From the NCBI GenBank assembly GCA_965655095.1, contig OZ296656.1, positions 76,694,001 to 76,758,000 on the forward strand: 64,000 nt of DNA, in the 5' to 3' direction. Source of the stretch: Haplodiscus bocki. Lineage: Eukaryota. The translations under genes were made by a program, and so were the position numbers. Under the pieces are notes generated by a model. It saw nothing but the letters and a program-made list of their open reading frames with translations. It made no database searches and was not told the DNA's origin. Of this stretch, positions 53,201 to 62,962 are shown one piece after another (positions within the stretch are counted from its first letter, which is position 1; every line of letters begins with the position of its first letter).

Positions 53201-53743
53201 CTTCAATACATGTGGCTGGGTAAAATTATCCTCATGTCAAACAATTGTTCAACGAATTACCTCTAACACTGAAGCCATAAATGTCTTCCAAATGGTTCTT
53301 CGTTTGGTTTTACTATGGGCCACCTGTTGAAGCTTCCAGGCTTCTCTGGTGGTGGGGGTTCCATGGACCCCCCTGATGGTTGATCAATCAATCGGAGGTG
53401 CTAGATCTGCCTCAAGGGGCGGTGATGAATAGGGTAGGTAATTTATGTCGGTTAGTTTTTCTGCTCTTTTACCGAGCTCTCCCTAAGGACCACTTTTTTT
53501 CAAGTTTCAGGTTCTGTTCTCTTTTCTACAGAGGTAAGTTTTGCGTTCAAGTAAGTCGTCTATTGATCTGAGGTTAATCTGTATTGTTCATCCGTATAGT
53601 GGCGCTAATTGCGTCTACTCTATGACTGCAGCTTTCAAATGTTCATCCGAAATACTTCTTTTCAATGACTGTAATCACAGTGGCGATTAGTGCGTCGAGT
53701 AATGGATGCTGTGTCTGACAATTTCTCCTTTTTCCAGATAACC

Positions 53744-54310
53744 ATGTTTCTCGTGCAAGTTAATGATTTCACATTTTCGGCCTACTATGAATCCACAGAG
53801 CAACAGGTACTCATAATTGGGGACTCTCTGCTGCGAAAGTTTAACATGTCACAAACTGATAAACTTTTCTTCCCCGGAGCAAGGGCTGACGACGTTGCGG
53901 CCATCCTCCAGCTCCCACAAATCCGAAGAATTATTCAAAAGTATACAACAATATGCCTTTTTTATGGAGGTAATGCTGTCAACGATTTTCCGAAACAAGG
54001 TATACTTAGACGGGCTCAGACACCGTCTGAAGTTATGTTTGATGTTCACTATGTTTGTGAAGCCTTATCGCAGAAATATACAACGATCTTCATACTAGGA
54101 TGCCAATTAAGGTTGAACGGGACTGCAGACCGTATTAAAGAATTGAATTTACTTCTGAAGAATATCCCCACTAATGCTAAATATGTCAGTTTGTCCTCCA
54201 AGATGGCCACAGAGTATTCTGTACATGAAGACGAAGTCCATCTCAGTTGTCTGGGAATCACGTATCTGAGATCAATCATACTCCACAGAATTTTGAAAAA
54301 AATTGAATGA
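53744..54310 (+). CDS. SGNH/GDSL-type hydrolase (esterase), transposon-associated
   Basis: All four SGNH blocks are present: LIIGDSLLR (S), FPGA (G), YGGNAV (N), EDEVHLS (DxxH). The likely ATG at 53744 follows a polypyrimidine acceptor ttttccag (53737). Confidence 0.88.
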   Translation: MFLVQVNDFTFSAYYESTEQQVLIIGDSLLRKFNMSQTDKLFFPGARADDVAAILQLPQIRRIIQKYTTICLFYGGNAVNDFPKQGILRRAQTPSEVMFDVHYVCEALSQKYTTIFILGCQLRLNGTADRIKELNLLLKNIPTNAKYVSLSSKMATEYSVHEDEVHLSCLGITYLRSIILHRILKKIE

Positions 54311-54887
54311 ATAGTTTCTTCTGGTGGGACAGTTTTTGCGCTGAAATGGCTTGTTGTGATGCTAAACGGTTGCTAATTTGAACTATTTTTGTTTGCTATT
54401 GTGCTGTTGATATTGTTTCGGTTGATACTTTTGTGAATTGCTTTTTTAATGGTTCAGTTCCTTGTATGAAGTGGATATTGGGACAATCTGTTGACAGTTT
54501 GTAATTCATAAATGAACTTTGTAGTTATTGTGTTAGTAACATTTGCTCATACTGGTCGATATTATTTTTAACCAATGATTCTTTTTGTGTAACGATTTTT
54601 TTGTTTCTTCATTTCTATGACACGTTGCGATCTGAGTTTTTATGTTGCTTACTTTTTGGAATTTATTTGCAAATGTTTCATTCAAAAACAGCAAAATGAA
54701 TAATACCAATTTAACACGTTTTTTCTGCACTTGACGTTTTCGATATCTCGTTGTAGAAAAATACTCAATTCTTTTTCTATAAAAGGATGCATTAATATGT
54801 GCTTTTCGGATATGCTTTATGACTTTTGAAACTATTGGCATTTTGCTACTAGTTCCTCTTGACTTCCAGAGCATATGATTGACAATA

Positions 54888-57800
54888 ATGCCCAACAAAT
54901 CGAGTCGAAGTAGAAAGAGAATACTCTCCGATAAGTGTAAAGGTTGCGGTAGAATCAAATCATCTGAAACTTGTGCCTTCTGTCTATCCCGACTGCAATG
55001 TTCCCCTGATCCTGATGTCTTTGAGATATCCGTTTGTACAACTGAGACTGATGACAGCGAGAGCCCTGTTAATTACCCAGATGAAGTTTGTTGTTATGCT
55101 TGCCGAAGGATATCAACCAAATATCACCACTTGGACTTTCAATTGGTCCATGGTATTTATATTTGTAATCGTCAAAAATTCAGACCGGCAAAAACAACAG
55201 AAATTGTTCCCTTGTGTCAAACTTGTAATATCTACCTTAACCCGGAAGCTGAAGCTTTTGCTACAACAGCCACGTTTAAACATGCCTGGCCTTGTGTTTT
55301 TTGGTATATCCTTTCAACTGAGGACGTCTCAATTAATTTTTGGCAATACATTCCCATAGAAATGAGGAGCAGTTGGATCAATAAAACCGCCTTGAGTAAT
55401 ATTGTTTTCTGGAGTAGGATGGAATTAGTGAGCGTCCCAGTTTTTGCTGACCTGACCAACCGGAGGCAGCACTTCCATAAATTTAAGCAACAGTGGCTCC
55501 TGAATGACATGGTTAAAAGTGTTAATGAAGAGTATTTTCCCTGCGTCAAATGTCCAGTTGGTTGCGAGGAGTTCATCGACGAGTGTGGTTCAATTAGTTT
55601 TGTTCACTATCTCGGAAAAATAGTTCCCAATTTCAATAACTTTGAAACAAACCCCAACGATTTTTTACGAGGTATCAGAAGTGACTATGAATTAACTGAC
55701 TACCTGTTTGACTCGGATCCCAGATCCCCTTTCAAGAAACCTAGTATTGTTATTGATAACACAGGAATATCCATTCTAACTTGTAGGGATCATGATAAGA
55801 AAGTAAAAGATTACTACTTACATGTACCTAGGCATCCGTCAGGCCGTGTTTTCAACCCTCTGGCTGATCGATTTGCACCCGCCGTTTTGAGCACACGAGT
55901 AAGGAAACCTTTTCAAGAAAATTTCTCAACGGCTTCCTATAAGATGCTTCAACTAAACCATTCTTTTTCGGGAATTAATACTTGTTTTTTATCGGTGCAA
56001 CGGAATTTTGATAGAGTTACCGACGAAAGCATCGAACATGAGTCTTTTTATTTACATACCAGGAAAGATACAGAAATTGTGCTGAAGAAACTCGTCCAAA
56101 ACGGTTCGCTTAGTCAAAAAATAGGTGAGGCCATTCTGAAAAACCGCAATGAACGGTGGCTCGCACAAAATGAACAATTCCTCAACCACACTAATTTTGT
56201 TCCTTTGGAGACAGTAAGTTTCATTCGCTACATTAATCAATATCCTAACATCAACCCAATGACTACCATTGAGGAGCAGGAGGAGGAAGAGGTGGAGCAG
56301 GAATCCCTGGGTGATGAAAGCAGCGGTTACATTGAGGACGTTGACCATCAAGCGCCATGCGGCATAGATTACTCACAAGAGTCACCTTCTGGAACTTCTG
56401 TGGTTGAAAGTGCGGACACCTCAGGTTCAAACACCCTCCAGGAAGCAAACTTTTGTCAACAGGAACTCTTACAACGCATTGTATTTCCTTGTGTGAAACC
56501 GCTAGATAGAACTTTGGGGGCGCCTCCAAAAACGTTTGTGGTAGGATCAGATTCAGCTAAAATTTTGATTGACATGTCAGCCAACTCCGTCCTTTTCATG
56601 AGTAATGTGCTCCAAGCTTCGTTACGAAAACATGGTTTCTCTTGGAAACTTTCGGATTGTTTCCATGTTAAAAAAGGAAAAACGTTCAAACAATCCTTTG
56701 CTACAGCCCTACAAAATTTACGACATGAAATTGACGAGATTTCCATGTACGAAATTTTGTCCAAACTGCCTTTTGCTAACGTAGCCACAATAGAAAATCG
56801 ACAGAGTTCATTAGGATTCTCGAATATTGCCCCGGAAAAAGATTTTCAGGTCTATGTCAGTACTTGTCACCGAAATAGATCACTGCTTGCGCCAGAAGAA
56901 AGCTTCAATACATCATCAGGTTTGTTTCGTCTTGTGTACGTTGTGGCTGATTCACCAGTCAATAAGACATTTTTCCGATACAAGTTTTGTGAAGAGTGGT
57001 GGGATGTCTCTTCACCAGGTAGATCAAAAAAGACCTGTCAAAAACACCTTTCTTCTTTGATTTCTAACAACGCTTGGAAAGCTTTGATATACGAGAAAAT
57101 GGATTCAGATTTAAGCCAACAAGAACGTGATCGCAATGTAACCAGTGTTTTTGGTCAAGATAAAGTCTTCTGCGATAATCATGCTCTTCCCCTGTCATGT
57201 GATTTCCCGAAAAATTCTTATGTTTGTCAGTTTGATGAAAGTTGCTACCGAAAATCGGCGTGGAGATGTCCCTCTGAAAATTGTGAGAGCGCTCTCTGTA
57301 AAAGCCACTTTGAGGAAATCAATGAAAAATCTGTTGTAGTTCCACACAGCGGCAAAAATTCTTCCGCCGACAACGATGATGAGATGTCCACCGTTGAAGT
57401 TGAGGAAGTTACGGACAACGAACTTGATGGTTTAGAAACTGAAAACATTGCTCTCCTGGAAATGCCTACCGACGCCGGTTTCGTGGACGACGTTCAGCTT
57501 CAGCAGACTGATGCTGGTGCCGAGTCTGTACATTTTCACTCTAATGACGATTTGCACGCAGTTGGAAGCCACGTTATATTGAATGCGGTTTGTGCGTTGC
57601 TAAATCGACCCCGGAACCCTACCAATTTCCGTAAAAAAGAATGGCGTTTCCTGCAGTCCTTCGTTGCTAAATGTCCCGGTGAGTCAGTCCCATTGACTTT
57701 TCCTGAGGCAGCCCTTCTGCCGTCAATTTATTATATAATGGCCGAGCAATCAATCTGTGGGGCCGTCCCAGCCCCTCTTTTTTCTCCCTCGCTTTCCAAA

Positions 57801-60800
57801 AGGTTCAATTTCGCTGACATAATATCTCATATCAAAAATCGTTTAAAGGATTTTAGTCTTCTCACATCCACTGACCCACGAGTTATCCAATTCTATTTCG
57901 ATTGTTTCTTGAATTTTCAAGCTCAATACTGCGATACGCGATTCGTTTTGAACAGAGGTCTGCAAGAGTTTCGCTCACAAGAGTCCGAAAAAAGTGAGGC
58001 TCGGGTTAGAATGAATGAAGAAGACAGCCGCAAAGTAGTCAATGAGTTAGCTGCTGCAATTCGCTCGGAAGAGCCAACCTTTTTTCTGACATTCACTCTT
58101 AACCAATCGAGAATGTTTGGCGTGGCTCCTCTGTACCGCCTAGTCGAAAAGAATGTTAGAAACTTAAGTGCCTCCAAGCGAAAAAACATCATAGAGGGTT
58201 TTATGCCGCTATACATGAGACTTTGGGAACGAGCAGCTACTTTTTTCATAAAGTACTTGGAAAAGTCAACTGAAAAACCTTTAGGTACTATCAAAAACAT
58301 TTTCCCCAGGTTTGAGTTCCAGACGTCTAAGGGCAATGCTCCGCATTTGCATGTAATTATTTGGACGACTGAAAGCAAAAATGATCCTGTGATACAAAAA
58401 AAGATAGTTGGATCTTTTCGACAGCTGCTGCAGGAGTTACAAATGGAGATGCAGGATCCATCAAATAACATTGTGCAAAATGAGAAAGATGCTGATGACC
58501 TTGTTCAGTTAGCGCGGGCCACGTTAAGTCATACTTGCGAGCGTGCTGGTTTCAGATGCCATAAAAAATGTGACAACAGTGGGAACATGGTCTGCCGCTT
58601 CAAAGTTTTCGATCCATGCTTTCAGACGTTCTTCAAAGCAATTGATAGGCCGCATTCGAATGAGGTTTGGGACTTGCTGAAAAGCTTAAACTTAGCAAAG
58701 TTAGTTGAAGGTTTTCATGCCGGTTATGAAATTTGCCAAGAACTGCAAGGTGGTAGGTATAACTACGCCGCAGACTTTGGTGAAACCTTTTCACCTGTCA
58801 TAACCAAACTGTTCACTGTGATTCAAGCTAGCATGAATTCTCTACTTTGCGACCGAGTTATGTCGGCAACGTATCTCGCCAAATATGCGGCGGGCGTGGA
58901 GGAGCACGCTACTGTTCAAATCAGTGGAGAATCTAATGACACAGTATCGGTGAGCGTGAAGAAAATGAAAAATATAAAAATCGCGGGGGCTCAAATTGCA
59001 GCCAAAACTGACGAAGAAAAAACATCGAGTAACAACAATTGTAGAATTTTGTCATCCACTGAGTGTATTTGGTCTATTTTGGATTTGAAATACGTTTTCC
59101 CCACTTATGTTTGTGTGCATGTCAACACGCTTCCACTCGAGAATCGCGGAGGTATCGTACGAAAAAAATCTTATGTGCGACAGGTGGATAGACCTGGTCA
59201 GCATGATCAGGCGTTGGCGCTCGTAAAAATCAGACAGTTGAAGCAGTTTGAAGACAATCGGCTTTTTACGAAAACCCAAGAGAAAACTTTACGCGAATCC
59301 CATGATTCGCGTTTGAGCATTGATAAGGTTTCCCTCTTCGCTGTCAGGCCTCCTGAGCTGCTTTTCATTCGTGACATAGAATTTTATTTTCGGCATTTTT
59401 CGTTTGAGAAAATTAGTTTTCGTTCGGCAATTGATTGCGTTAAATCTTCGCTGCATGAAAGTTGTTGGGTGGATGGTGTTGGTCATTTGATAAGATTGCG
59501 ATCAGACAGTCTTCCCAATTTCATGACATTTCTTTCCGAAAATCGTCAGGATTCAAACCCTAGATATTCTTTTTTCGCATCTTTCTACGAAAAACGTTTC
59601 TCATCCCGAAGTTGCGTCAACTTTTTGTCGGATGAAAGAGATGGTTTTAAGAAACCTGCGGTTGTAGTGTTCCCTAATGTTATTCCGAAACACGCTCCTA
59701 ATTTTTTAATTAACTTCTTGCTGCAGTTTGGCAAGTACGAAACAGAATTTGACTTGTATAACAGTGCACTCTTGACTGTCGCATACGAGAAAGCAGGTTT
59801 ACTGGAGGACTCCACCAACGTGACTCAGGAAGATCTGAATAAACTTTTGAAAAAATTCATTTTGCGCCGCGTTGTTTTCGTCCCTGGCTCGCATGTTTCG
59901 CAGGATAGACAAATACTCGAAGCAAAAGCTGCTTTCAGCTTACTCATGGATTGCCCTGAGAACCTGGACACTCCCACTATCATTTACAACGCTTTGCGAG
60001 ATGAATGCTCCCAGGAACTTCAGAACGCTATTAATAACAAATTTTGTGCTGTGGCGTCACAGCTCTACTCTTTAGTACAAGATTCGGCGAAACCTGACAT
60101 CGAGTCGATACTCAATAAACAGGCAAGCGATCCCCTTCGTTACAATCCCCTGTGTTCCAACGATATCAAATTCAACGAAGAACAAAAAGTAGTTCTGGAA
60201 AGTTTACTGAGAACCCTTGATACTTTCGTGAGCTCTGCTCCTCGATTTTTTCGATTCCAGTTTGTGGTAGGGATGCCAGGTTCTGGGAAAACGTTTGTTA
60301 TTGTACATGCACTCCTTTATGCTTTGTGTATCGGACTTGACGTAATGGTTACCTCACTGAGTAGTGAACGGGCGATGCAATTCTCCGGTGTTCATATACA
60401 CGAACTTTTTGGTCTTCCGGTCGCTAAACGTTTGATCGTTGATGAAATCGCTGAAAACGCTCTGAAAAAACTTAATTGTGATCCTATTCGAACAACAGTT
60501 CTTAGGAGGATAGATATCCTGTATTTCGAAGAGATAGGTATGGTCTCGGCCGAAGAATTTGCGGCGATTGACTTGATCATGCAAAAGGTACGAGACAATT
60601 ACTCGCCTTTCGGCGGAGTTTTGGTGCTTGGAACCGGTGATCCGAAGCAACTTCCGCCACCGCAAGGTCGATTGCTCTGGACATCCCCAATCATACTTAC
60701 AAGCGTTACAATGCACGCCTTAGAGAAATGCGTTCGGATGGTTGACGTTGTCGGTCGCGAGTTTTTGAATATTTTGTCAAGTCCAAAAATTACCGAAACC

Positions 60801-62063
60801 GAAATGGAGATTTTGATGACAACTTTCTCAGATGAATGTAATTTTTGCGAACTCGACAACAGCCCTATGGACGCAGTTCGGATTTTTGGAACCAGGGCCG
60901 CGGAGAGTAAAGCTATTGAAACTCAAATCGACAGGGTTAGACGGTCTGGATCAAAAGTAATTGAAATATTAAGTTGCGACGAAGTGAAAACTAACCCCAG
61001 TAGCAATTGGAAACCGGTTGCAAAGCATTACTCCAAGGTACTAAACAAGCTCTGTCTAGAGCCCGAGGTTTTATATTGTTATCAGGATGCGTTACTCCGG
61101 ATCACCGTCAATATTCCGAGTCAAAATGTGTCGCAGGGGCAAATGTGTGTATTCAAAAAATTTGATGGTGTCAAAAAAATAACAGTGATTGTTGCTCTTC
61201 CCGGTGTAAGGAAGCTACCTCCATGTAATTCCAATGGCAGTTACCTCTTCGAGGAAAACGGTTGGTTCGAAATTACTTTAACAAAGCAAGCCGGTTTCGT
61301 TCATGGCCATAAGGGGTCATCTATTAGGAGATCTCAGTTTCCACTGAAAAATTTTATGGCAATGACAATACACAAAGCAATGGGCGAGACCATTGGTAAA
61401 ATTGTCACGAAAATTGATTGCGTAGATCGGGCCTATAATTTGTGGGAGAAAGAGCAGCTTTACGTTCTTGTTAGTAGAGTCCAAAATCTGAAAGACATAA
61501 CGTTTTTAGGTGACAAGAATACAACCCTTTTGTCGATCAAAAATTTGTTAGGTAAGTCTTCTCAGTGGGACGATTACACGGAAAGATTAGTTCGAACAGC
61601 AAGTAATCAAGATAATGCCGTGTTCGACATGGCAGCGTTATCGCCGTTTAGACCTCGGAAAATTGAGCTTCCTGTCGGAGAAGTTGGATTTGTCTACCTG
61701 CTTGTTAGTACTCGGAATATAAGTGCGTGTTACGTTGGCGAAACAAGTAATTTGCGCAGACGTCTTTTGGAACACAATTCCGGTAAAGGAGCTTTTTTCA
61801 CGAATCAGAGTCATTTAAGGCCTTGGGGTGTAATGTGTTTTGCTACCGGTTTCAGTGACTGTCCTCAATCGAACCGAAAAGAGCGAAAGCACCTGGAGCA
61901 AAAAATTCATGACAATTTTTTTCAAAATTTCAACGCGTTCAACCGTCAAGGATCACCTTCTGAAGTTCTTCAGATTTTTCTGTCGTGCGTATCAGAACAT
62001 AAGTCTCAGGTCTGTGGTTTGCGTGCAGTTATAACCGGAAAAATTCTCAGCCGACAGAGCTAG
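54888..62063 (+). CDS. Intact Helitron/Helentron-like Rep-helicase with C-terminal SLX1-like GIY-YIG nuclease (~2390 aa)
   Basis: Rep motif 1 PTFFLTFT (58074), HUH RFEFQTSKGNAPHLH (His 58344/58350), Y2 motif YLAKY (58872-58886). PIF1 motifs GMPGSGKT (60270), EEIGMV, PFGG..GDPKQLPP, RSQFPL..MTIHK, QLYV..SR. GIY-YIG GFVYLL...YVG..RR..EHN.G...RPW...GF (from 61686). Confidence 0.95.
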   Translation: MPNKSSRSRKRILSDKCKGCGRIKSSETCAFCLSRLQCSPDPDVFEISVCTTETDDSESPVNYPDEVCCYACRRISTKYHHLDFQLVHGIYICNRQKFRPAKTTEIVPLCQTCNIYLNPEAEAFATTATFKHAWPCVFWYILSTEDVSINFWQYIPIEMRSSWINKTALSNIVFWSRMELVSVPVFADLTNRRQHFHKFKQQWLLNDMVKSVNEEYFPCVKCPVGCEEFIDECGSISFVHYLGKIVPNFNNFETNPNDFLRGIRSDYELTDYLFDSDPRSPFKKPSIVIDNTGISILTCRDHDKKVKDYYLHVPRHPSGRVFNPLADRFAPAVLSTRVRKPFQENFSTASYKMLQLNHSFSGINTCFLSVQRNFDRVTDESIEHESFYLHTRKDTEIVLKKLVQNGSLSQKIGEAILKNRNERWLAQNEQFLNHTNFVPLETVSFIRYINQYPNINPMTTIEEQEEEEVEQESLGDESSGYIEDVDHQAPCGIDYSQESPSGTSVVESADTSGSNTLQEANFCQQELLQRIVFPCVKPLDRTLGAPPKTFVVGSDSAKILIDMSANSVLFMSNVLQASLRKHGFSWKLSDCFHVKKGKTFKQSFATALQNLRHEIDEISMYEILSKLPFANVATIENRQSSLGFSNIAPEKDFQVYVSTCHRNRSLLAPEESFNTSSGLFRLVYVVADSPVNKTFFRYKFCEEWWDVSSPGRSKKTCQKHLSSLISNNAWKALIYEKMDSDLSQQERDRNVTSVFGQDKVFCDNHALPLSCDFPKNSYVCQFDESCYRKSAWRCPSENCESALCKSHFEEINEKSVVVPHSGKNSSADNDDEMSTVEVEEVTDNELDGLETENIALLEMPTDAGFVDDVQLQQTDAGAESVHFHSNDDLHAVGSHVILNAVCALLNRPRNPTNFRKKEWRFLQSFVAKCPGESVPLTFPEAALLPSIYYIMAEQSICGAVPAPLFSPSLSKRFNFADIISHIKNRLKDFSLLTSTDPRVIQFYFDCFLNFQAQYCDTRFVLNRGLQEFRSQESEKSEARVRMNEEDSRKVVNELAAAIRSEEPTFFLTFTLNQSRMFGVAPLYRLVEKNVRNLSASKRKNIIEGFMPLYMRLWERAATFFIKYLEKSTEKPLGTIKNIFPRFEFQTSKGNAPHLHVIIWTTESKNDPVIQKKIVGSFRQLLQELQMEMQDPSNNIVQNEKDADDLVQLARATLSHTCERAGFRCHKKCDNSGNMVCRFKVFDPCFQTFFKAIDRPHSNEVWDLLKSLNLAKLVEGFHAGYEICQELQGGRYNYAADFGETFSPVITKLFTVIQASMNSLLCDRVMSATYLAKYAAGVEEHATVQISGESNDTVSVSVKKMKNIKIAGAQIAAKTDEEKTSSNNNCRILSSTECIWSILDLKYVFPTYVCVHVNTLPLENRGGIVRKKSYVRQVDRPGQHDQALALVKIRQLKQFEDNRLFTKTQEKTLRESHDSRLSIDKVSLFAVRPPELLFIRDIEFYFRHFSFEKISFRSAIDCVKSSLHESCWVDGVGHLIRLRSDSLPNFMTFLSENRQDSNPRYSFFASFYEKRFSSRSCVNFLSDERDGFKKPAVVVFPNVIPKHAPNFLINFLLQFGKYETEFDLYNSALLTVAYEKAGLLEDSTNVTQEDLNKLLKKFILRRVVFVPGSHVSQDRQILEAKAAFSLLMDCPENLDTPTIIYNALRDECSQELQNAINNKFCAVASQLYSLVQDSAKPDIESILNKQASDPLRYNPLCSNDIKFNEEQKVVLESLLRTLDTFVSSAPRFFRFQFVVGMPGSGKTFVIVHALLYALCIGLDVMVTSLSSERAMQFSGVHIHELFGLPVAKRLIVDEIAENALKKLNCDPIRTTVLRRIDILYFEEIGMVSAEEFAAIDLIMQKVRDNYSPFGGVLVLGTGDPKQLPPPQGRLLWTSPIILTSVTMHALEKCVRMVDVVGREFLNILSSPKITETEMEILMTTFSDECNFCELDNSPMDAVRIFGTRAAESKAIETQIDRVRRSGSKVIEILSCDEVKTNPSSNWKPVAKHYSKVLNKLCLEPEVLYCYQDALLRITVNIPSQNVSQGQMCVFKKFDGVKKITVIVALPGVRKLPPCNSNGSYLFEENGWFEITLTKQAGFVHGHKGSSIRRSQFPLKNFMAMTIHKAMGETIGKIVTKIDCVDRAYNLWEKEQLYVLVSRVQNLKDITFLGDKNTTLLSIKNLLGKSSQWDDYTERLVRTASNQDNAVFDMAALSPFRPRKIELPVGEVGFVYLLVSTRNISACYVGETSNLRRRLLEHNSGKGAFFTNQSHLRPWGVMCFATGFSDCPQSNRKERKHLEQKIHDNFFQNFNAFNRQGSPSEVLQIFLSCVSEHKSQVCGLRAVITGKILSRQS

Positions 62064-62163
62064 AGTTGTGTAAATACTTGCTTTTCTTCATACACCGTGG
62101 AGTGGAGTAGGAAGCGACCTTCTAGGATGAACTGCGACATGTGAGTATGAGGCACTGCACAAT

Positions 62164-62461
62164 GTTCTACTCCCATAGTGAACTTGTGCTGTTTCTCTAC
62201 ACTTCACCAAAACCTAAATGTGCAGCGGGACGTTCTACTGGGATAGTGAACTCCTGCTGTTTTAATCATCTAAGACCTGTTCGAATTTTCTGAAAGCACA
62301 AAGTTCTACTTGGATAGTGAACTTGTGTTTCAAAGATCAACTTTTAGTGTAGTGAATTTAATTAAGGCTTTTTCCTCCTAATGTCACTAGAAGTCAACAT
62401 GTGAACCAAAAAGGTAGTTACAGAGAAAAGACAAAAGCACAGTTCTACTTCCATAGTGAAC
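62164..62461 (+). repeat. Four iterated imperfect-palindromic 20-mers GTTCTACT-N3-ATAGTGAAC downstream of RepHel
   Basis: Copies at 62164-62183, 62232-62251, 62303-62322 and 62442-62461. Confidence 0.9.
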
Positions 62462-62494
62462 GTGTAATATTTTGACATGAAAAGTATATGATCC

Positions 62495-62780
62495 CTACCG
62501 GTTGAATCAGTATTGCTGTTTCCATTAATAAATGTGTTTTTAAGACTTTAAACTTTGACATTTAAATTTGTAAAAAGAATTTGAAAATCAGCTCTTGTGT
62601 ATCATCTTGTTTCTCTGCAGCTTCTAGAAGTACCTTATCCATACCGTTGGAATCAATATTGCTGTTTCTATTAGTAAATTTGTTATTAAAACTTGAATCT
62701 TTGACATTTAGACTTGTAAAAAGAATTTGAAATTCAGCTCTTGTCTTTCAACTTATCTCTCTGCAGCTTCTGATAAGTGC
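62495..62780. repeat. Two diverged tandem copies of a ~147-bp unit
   Basis: tacc.....aatca.tattgctgttt at 62495 and 62642; shared ctttgacattta, tgtaaaaagaatttgaaa and ctctgcagcttct. Confidence 0.9.
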
Positions 62781-62819
62781 TCGTTAGATTATTGTTTTGT
62801 TTGAAATCCATAAATTTTG

Positions 62820-62962
62820 AAAGGGCAATGACAAAGCGTAATTATAATACTTCTTCTGTCAAAAGTTTTCCGAGCGTTATCATTTGAAAAGTTCATTTTG
62901 CCATCATTTCGTGCCCGCACTTGCCTTTATTGGCAATGTGCGGGCTCCTTTCATTGCCCTTT
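62820..62962. mobile_element. Mini element or terminus: 12-bp inverted repeats enclosing a GC-rich hairpin
   Basis: aaagggcaatga (62820-62831) / tcattgcccttt (62951-62962); hairpin gcccgcac-ttgcc-tttatt-ggcaa(t)gtgcgggc (62913-62945). Confidence 0.5.

Noticed and set aside
54973-62034. Alternative-frame and antisense ORFs inside RepHel (likewise within 34.5-42.6 kb)
   Set aside because: Shadow ORFs of the long coding sequence.
61686-62063. Penelope-like retroelement insertion as the source of the GIY-YIG
   Set aside because: No adjacent RT, the domain is in frame with the helicase, it recurs in the second copy, and its signature is SLX1-like.
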